62,894 bases of DNA from a virus (lineage: Duplodnaviria > Caudoviricetes), in IMG/VR virus record IMGVR_UViG_3300023283_000096, positions 1 through 62,894 of that record. One strand, given 5' to 3'. The notes under the pieces were generated by a model. It was not told the DNA's origin. It did not search any database and saw only the letters and a list, made by a program, of their open reading frames with translations. Made by a program: the position numbers and the translations under genes. This document shows positions 59,118 to 62,894 of this stretch, in pieces. Numbering within the stretch: position 1 is the stretch's first letter; every line of letters starts with the position of its first letter.

Positions 59118-59712
59118 CGTGGTTTTCTCCTTTCAGTACAGTGCGGTGCAGTGCAGCGTATCGTTGCCGCTCGGCGCGCTGTGCTTCGCGCAGCTGGTCG
59201 GCGGGTATGATCTCGAGGTTGTCGACATGGTTGTCCAGGGTGTTGCCGTTGGTGTACATGACGTCGTTCAGGTTCTCTTCGGATGATCCGCTGGCGTATG
59301 ATCTCGAGGTTGTCGGCACAGCTTCAGTTCTGCGTATTTTGGCAATGCGGTGCTTACTGAGCTCGCTGAGTATTTCTCCGCGCCCACACCATTGTGTGGT
59401 TTTGTCCAGCTCACTGTGGCGCTGGGTCCGGTCGGTGAGCTTACGCTCCCGAATATGCACAGCCGCCACCAGCCGGCCTACTTGGAAAAAACCGGTTCTG
59501 TACAACAACGAACCCCTGAGCCGGATTCGGTACACGCCCAACGGGCGGTACCGAGTGCCCGGAACCAGATGAAAACGAGGGAAATGAGGTTGATGCCCTC
59601 TGAGCGAGCGCACCCGCCCGTAATTGGACACCTCGTAGTCACTCATCCCCAGATTGGACAGGCTGAGAAACACTTCGTCGTCGGCGTTGGCTTCGGGCTG
59701 GTCTACGTACAT
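59107..59712 (-). CDS. NUMOD4/HNH-like protein, catalytically degenerate (paralogue 2)
   Basis: YEVSNYGRVRS, VGRLVA, VMYTNGNTLDNHVDNLE. Confidence 0.7.
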   Translation of the reverse strand: MYVDQPEANADDEVFLSLSNLGMSDYEVSNYGRVRSLRGHQPHFPRFHLVPGTRYRPLGVYRIRLRGSLLYRTGFFQVGRLVAAVHIRERKLTDRTQRHSELDKTTQWCGRGEILSELSKHRIAKIRRTEAVPTTSRSYASGSSEENLNDVMYTNGNTLDNHVDNLEIIPADQLREAQRAERQRYAALHRTVLKGENHDGD

Positions 59713-60242
59713 TGCGCGCGCTCCCGCTCCCGGCGTTGGTAGCTGCGTAGTTGCTCGGCGTCAATGATCTCGAGATTACTGGCCCGGTTGTCCAGGGTGT
59801 TGCCGTTGACAAAGGTTACGTCGCCCACGGGCGGATCGAATGAAGTCATCAGCTCCCGGGGTATATCGGCGCCGCTGTTGGGGATCATCGGTGGGACGTG
59901 CTCGTCGTCAACTGAGCTGTGGCGGTCGGCTACTATCAAATGGTGCTCAAATTCGGAGCGTATCTCGGGGTAGACGAAGGCCATGGCAACAAGACGGGCG
60001 ACCAGCAACCGATGCGGTTTGCGGGTGACCTCATTGCGGAGTGTGATGGCGCATACACCCTTCGGGCGGAACCTCGATGGCTTGGTGATATTGAACTTCG
60101 GAAAGGTGTAATCAGGATAGCGTATGTTGCGGACGCGACCGAACTGGGAGACCTCGTAGTAGGGGTAGCGCTTGATATCAAGGCGCTTGAAAGTCTCTTC
60201 GTCGGCTTGGTCAGCGGAGAGGCGGAGCTGTTCTACGTACAT
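59703..60242 (-). CDS. NUMOD4/HNH-like protein, catalytically degenerate (paralogue 1)
   Basis: YEVSQFGRVRN, VARLVAMAFV, VTFVNGNTLDNRASNLE; GAGGT RBS. Confidence 0.7.
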   Translation of the reverse strand: MYVEQLRLSADQADEETFKRLDIKRYPYYEVSQFGRVRNIRYPDYTFPKFNITKPSRFRPKGVCAITLRNEVTRKPHRLLVARLVAMAFVYPEIRSEFEHHLIVADRHSSVDDEHVPPMIPNSGADIPRELMTSFDPPVGDVTFVNGNTLDNRASNLEIIDAEQLRSYQRRERERAQCT

Positions 60243-60273
60243 GGCGGACCTCGAACTGTTAATTAATATGAAC

Positions 60274-60282
60274 ATTATAACA
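60274..60282 (-). promoter_or_regulatory. Extended -10 promoter
   Basis: TGTTATAAT ~30 nt upstream of the ATG at 60242. Confidence 0.55.
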
Positions 60283-60299
60283 CGACAGTGCACGAAAAT

Positions 60300-61080
60300 C
60301 CGTTAAAAATTATTAACACTATAACGGAAAATGTTCCCCGGGAAATATATTAGGAAGTGCTAATAAATAGCCATATTAGGAAGTGCTAATATTAGCTCGG
60401 GGAACAAAAACGCGGTTTTTGTTAATTTTTTTCCCGAAATCAGCAAATCAGTAAATTTTTAGTTGGGGCAAGTTGTTGAATTTGTTAGGGTGTTCAAGCA
60501 AATGTACACGGCGTGTCAGGAAAAAAGCTTAAAATTTTTCGCCGCTAAGCAGTTGAAAAACAAACAAAAAGTAAAAAAATTAACGGAAAAGATTAACGTT
60601 ATGTTCAGAAACACGTCGTGTTCCTAGTAGGAAAACGTAGAACGTTTGAGCTCTGCCCAGCTGGGCCGAGAAAACTTCTGCACAAAGTTAATTTTTTTCT
60701 GTCTCGCCTGCTGTAAGTGATTGAATTCGCTAAGCTTTTCGGGCGCCTAGCCTGCCAAACCGGCAAAACCAACTTCTGAACAGTTGGCGGTTTTCTGAAC
60801 GTTTTCAATAACTTAGCGGCCCTGCCGATATGTACACGCTGTGTAATCTCTGTTAATTTTTTTTTCTGTTAATATTATTAACAGGTGTTCAACGAAATGT
60901 ACACACCATGTACATTTGCTTGAACACCTTCTGTTCAACGAAATGTACACACCATGTACATTTGCTTGAACACCTCGAACAGCCTTGTTTGTTCAACGAA
61001 ATGTACACACCATGTACACATCGTTGAACACCGAAAAACACCTCTCCCCGAGCCCCACTTAAGCGCTCGGGCTTCGGGGT
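60300..61080. other. AT-rich non-coding control region (candidate replication origin)
   Basis: Largest gene-free interval; A/T tracts; several repeat families. Confidence 0.6.
60884..61032. repeat. Three tandem ~43-bp palindromic repeats
   Basis: TGTTCAACGAAATGTACA-CACCA-TGTACATTTGCTTGAACACC at 60886 and 60932, variant at 60990. Confidence 0.9.
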
Positions 61081-61087
61081 TGTGAAT

Positions 61088-61125
61088 AAAAAATTGGAGC
61101 TCAGCCCTGGGCAGGACTGAGCTCC
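61088..61125 (-). terminator. Rho-independent terminator
   Basis: GGAGCTCAG...CTGAGCTCC followed by AATTTTTT after the last gene of the upstream early operon. Confidence 0.7.
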
Positions 61126-61134
61126 GTGCGGTGG

Positions 61135-61434
61135 TCACTGGCAGGTACATCCGGGTGGGGGCTTCGGATCGCGTGCTCTGGTGTAGAGGTAGTAGTGCAG
61201 GACCAGGCCCAGTCCTGCAGAAGTGCCGATGACGGTCCAGGGCCAGTAGACGGCGCAGATCCATGCGGCTATGGCGATACAAGCCATGGGGACCTCGAAC
61301 CAGTCGTCGTCCCAGGCGGCTTTACCTATAGTGAACAGCCCGGCGGCCATGCCCAGCCAGGGCGCGTAGAGCGCTATGACGGCCACGACGGCCAGACCCA
61401 GTAGGTAGGTAAGGATGTGGGTGCTAAGCTTCAT
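61135..61434 (-). CDS. Multi-TM membrane protein
   Basis: AGGAGG RBS; several hydrophobic segments. Confidence 0.7.
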   Translation of the reverse strand: MKLSTHILTYLLGLAVVAVIALYAPWLGMAAGLFTIGKAAWDDDWFEVPMACIAIAAWICAVYWPWTVIGTSAGLGLVLHYYLYTRARDPKPPPGCTCQ

Positions 61435-61666
61435 TGTGGGCCTCCTGAGTGGCTCTGGTGGCGTTTTTGAGGTATTCGAGGCGTGCCTGGACGCATCGCA
61501 GCTCGATTTCGGGTCTGAGCCCTATTTTTTCGGCGCATGCAATGAGTGCATAGGCCAGGGCATGGACGTCGCCGGTCGAGATGGCCTCCATACGTTCGAC
61601 TTTGACGGTGTCGTGGACCTGAAGGGCTATGAGCGTGAGCTCTTCGCGGGCGTGTTCACAGTTCAT
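61424..61666 (-). CDS. Hypothetical protein
   Basis: GGAGG RBS inside a 32-bp repeat. Confidence 0.7.
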   Translation of the reverse strand: MNCEHAREELTLIALQVHDTVKVERMEAISTGDVHALAYALIACAEKIGLRPEIELRCVQARLEYLKNATRATQEAHNEA

Positions 61667-61902
61667 GGTCTAGCCTCCGTTGTGTTTTCAGGGTCTTTGA
61701 TGCGTCCGATGACCTGTTGGATGGCCATTGTTTCGGATACAGGGTCGAGATTGACCAATTCAGACAGGGCTACGAACATCATCCCCAGGTAGCCGTAAGG
61801 CGAGATTTCCGGGTCATCGGTATGGGCTTCAATGGCCTCGAATGTGGCCTCGACCATTGGTTTTAGCCGGTCAAGTAATGCCTGTGCTTGTTCATAGTTC
61901 AT
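61663..61902 (-). CDS. Hypothetical protein bracketed by direct repeats
   Basis: GGAGG RBS; 32-bp repeats at both ends. Confidence 0.7.
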   Translation of the reverse strand: MNYEQAQALLDRLKPMVEATFEAIEAHTDDPEISPYGYLGMMFVALSELVNLDPVSETMAIQQVIGRIKDPENTTEARP

Positions 61903-62125
61903 GGTCTAGCCTCCGTTGTGCTTCTTTGATGAGCTGCTCGGCTCGAGCATCCTCGAGCTGCTTGCGGCTGGTGTTCGGCGTGTAGTCCTCCGAGCATCCG
62001 CCCAGCATGCTGTGCAGGGCCATGCCGACCAGCACGAGGCTGGCGGCGACGGCGAGCAGGGGGAATACCGCGGCCCCGAACAGGACCGCGGCGATGACGA
62101 GTGTGTACTTGGCCCCTGTGTTCAT
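61892..62125 (-). CDS. Membrane protein
   Basis: Long hydrophobic N-terminus. Confidence 0.65.
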   Translation of the reverse strand: MNTGAKYTLVIAAVLFGAAVFPLLAVAASLVLVGMALHSMLGGCSEDYTPNTSRKQLEDARAEQLIKEAQRRLDHEL

Positions 62126-62277
62126 TTGGCCCCCTTGGCCTTCGTGGCCTTCTTGGCGGGCTTGGGCTCGACGTGCTTGGCCAGCTTGGCCAGCTGAGCG
62201 GACAGGCCGCTACGTGCTGAGCGTGTGGCGTTGCGTGCGTCGGTGAACGTGGGTACTTTGACCTGGATGGTTTTCAT
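62122..62277 (-). CDS. Small basic protein (51 aa, not in ORF track)
   Basis: GAGGAG RBS; ends KPAKKATKAKGAK; ATGA coupling on both sides. Confidence 0.6.
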   Translation of the reverse strand: MKTIQVKVPTFTDARNATRSARSGLSAQLAKLAKHVEPKPAKKATKAKGAK

Positions 62278-62642
62278 TGCTTGATCTCCTCTTCGTACTC
62301 TTTGAGAATGGCGTCGAGTTTGTCGTTGTTACGGCGCCAGAAAGGTGGAACGTCCACCCACTGCAGCGAAGGCAGCAGGTGGTCCGTGGTGTGGATGTAG
62401 CTGAGCTTTTTGTAGCCCAGCAGGCGCTTCAACCCGATCAGTACGATCGAGAAGGTCAAGCCTCCGACGATCGCGGCCATCATGCCCGCGTAGCTGCCTG
62501 CGAATGCCCACATGAGGATGAGCGTGGCGGCTACGTCAAGGTAGAGGTCGAAGCCCAGTACCTTGCGGATGGTGTCGTGCTTGAGCTTCATGATCAGGAT
62601 GATCAGCGCCAGGGCGGTAAGCAGGCCTGGTGTGATTAGCAT
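62274..62642 (-). CDS. Membrane protein (about 3 TM)
   Basis: GAGG RBS; FAGSYAGMMAAIVGGL. Confidence 0.7.
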   Translation of the reverse strand: MLITPGLLTALALIILIMKLKHDTIRKVLGFDLYLDVAATLILMWAFAGSYAGMMAAIVGGLTFSIVLIGLKRLLGYKKLSYIHTTDHLLPSLQWVDVPPFWRRNNDKLDAILKEYEEEIKQ

Positions 62643-62785
62643 AAGTACCTCTTTACGAAGTCGTGGATCTGTTCATCGGTGCATACGCCGACGTCGAAGA
62701 GCTCGTATTCGCTGTGGTAGGGTTCGAGTTCATCGACGTGACACCATTCGCCGTTAGGCCATACAGCAATTTCAGTTGAGCACAT
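62636..62785 (-). CDS. Small acidic protein (49 aa) spanning the circular junction
   Basis: GAGGAGG RBS; MCSTEIAVWPNGEWC...; continues the operon from gene 21-284. Confidence 0.6.
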   Translation of the reverse strand: MCSTEIAVWPNGEWCHVDELEPYHSEYELFDVGVCTDEQIHDFVKRYLC

Positions 62786-62894
62786 AGTCAATCCTCCTCG
62801 TTTGCAATTTTCAGAAGTACGTCAGCGTGGCACCTGAGCGGTGCGCACCAGCAGATAAGGTTTTTGCCTTTTAGTTCGGCTTTGGCTTGCGCCA
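62768..62894. repeat. Terminal direct repeat, copy 2
   Basis: Identical to 1-127. Confidence 0.95.

Noticed and set aside
60884-61032. Mini CRISPR array
   Set aside because: Spacers are only about 3 and 15 nt; the Cas4-like gene is a common phage replication nuclease and no other cas genes are present
60605-61282. ORFs 60605-60808 and 60935-61282
   Set aside because: They run through repeats or a terminator, lack RBSs and have atypical composition

Overview
Apparently complete circular genome (~62,767 bp; bases 1-127 recur at 62768-62894) of a tailed dsDNA phage, most likely a podovirus of a Gram-negative host. It has spanin-like lysis genes and no tape measure or sheath. The + strand (1.2-40.4 kb) holds fibre/decoration genes, a zinc metallopeptidase, lysis genes, TerS/TerL, portal, scaffold, an N4-gp56-like major capsid protein, tail proteins and putative ejection proteins, including a 3364-aa polyvalent-type giant. 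The - strand (40.4-62.8 kb plus 21-708) holds a family A DNA polymerase, primase-helicase, SNF2 helicase, Cas4-like and DEDD exonucleases and many small early genes. I found no integrase, tRNA, CRISPR array, reverse transcriptase or RNA polymerase motif. Most notable: (i) two tandem NUMOD4/HNH paralogues lacking the catalytic residues, next to an AT-rich region full of palindromic repeats (candidate domesticated homing-endonuclease origin/regulatory system); (ii) a ~90-nt putative sRNA with anti-Shine-Dalgarno motifs, bounded by a promoter and a terminator that contains a second promoter; (iii) a recurrent hairpin-motif-hairpin leader before early genes; (iv) tandem capture of two divergent alleles of a 66-aa gene; (v) a perfect (CCAGAG)20 tract inside terL. 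All family assignments come from motif recognition by eye, not database searches.
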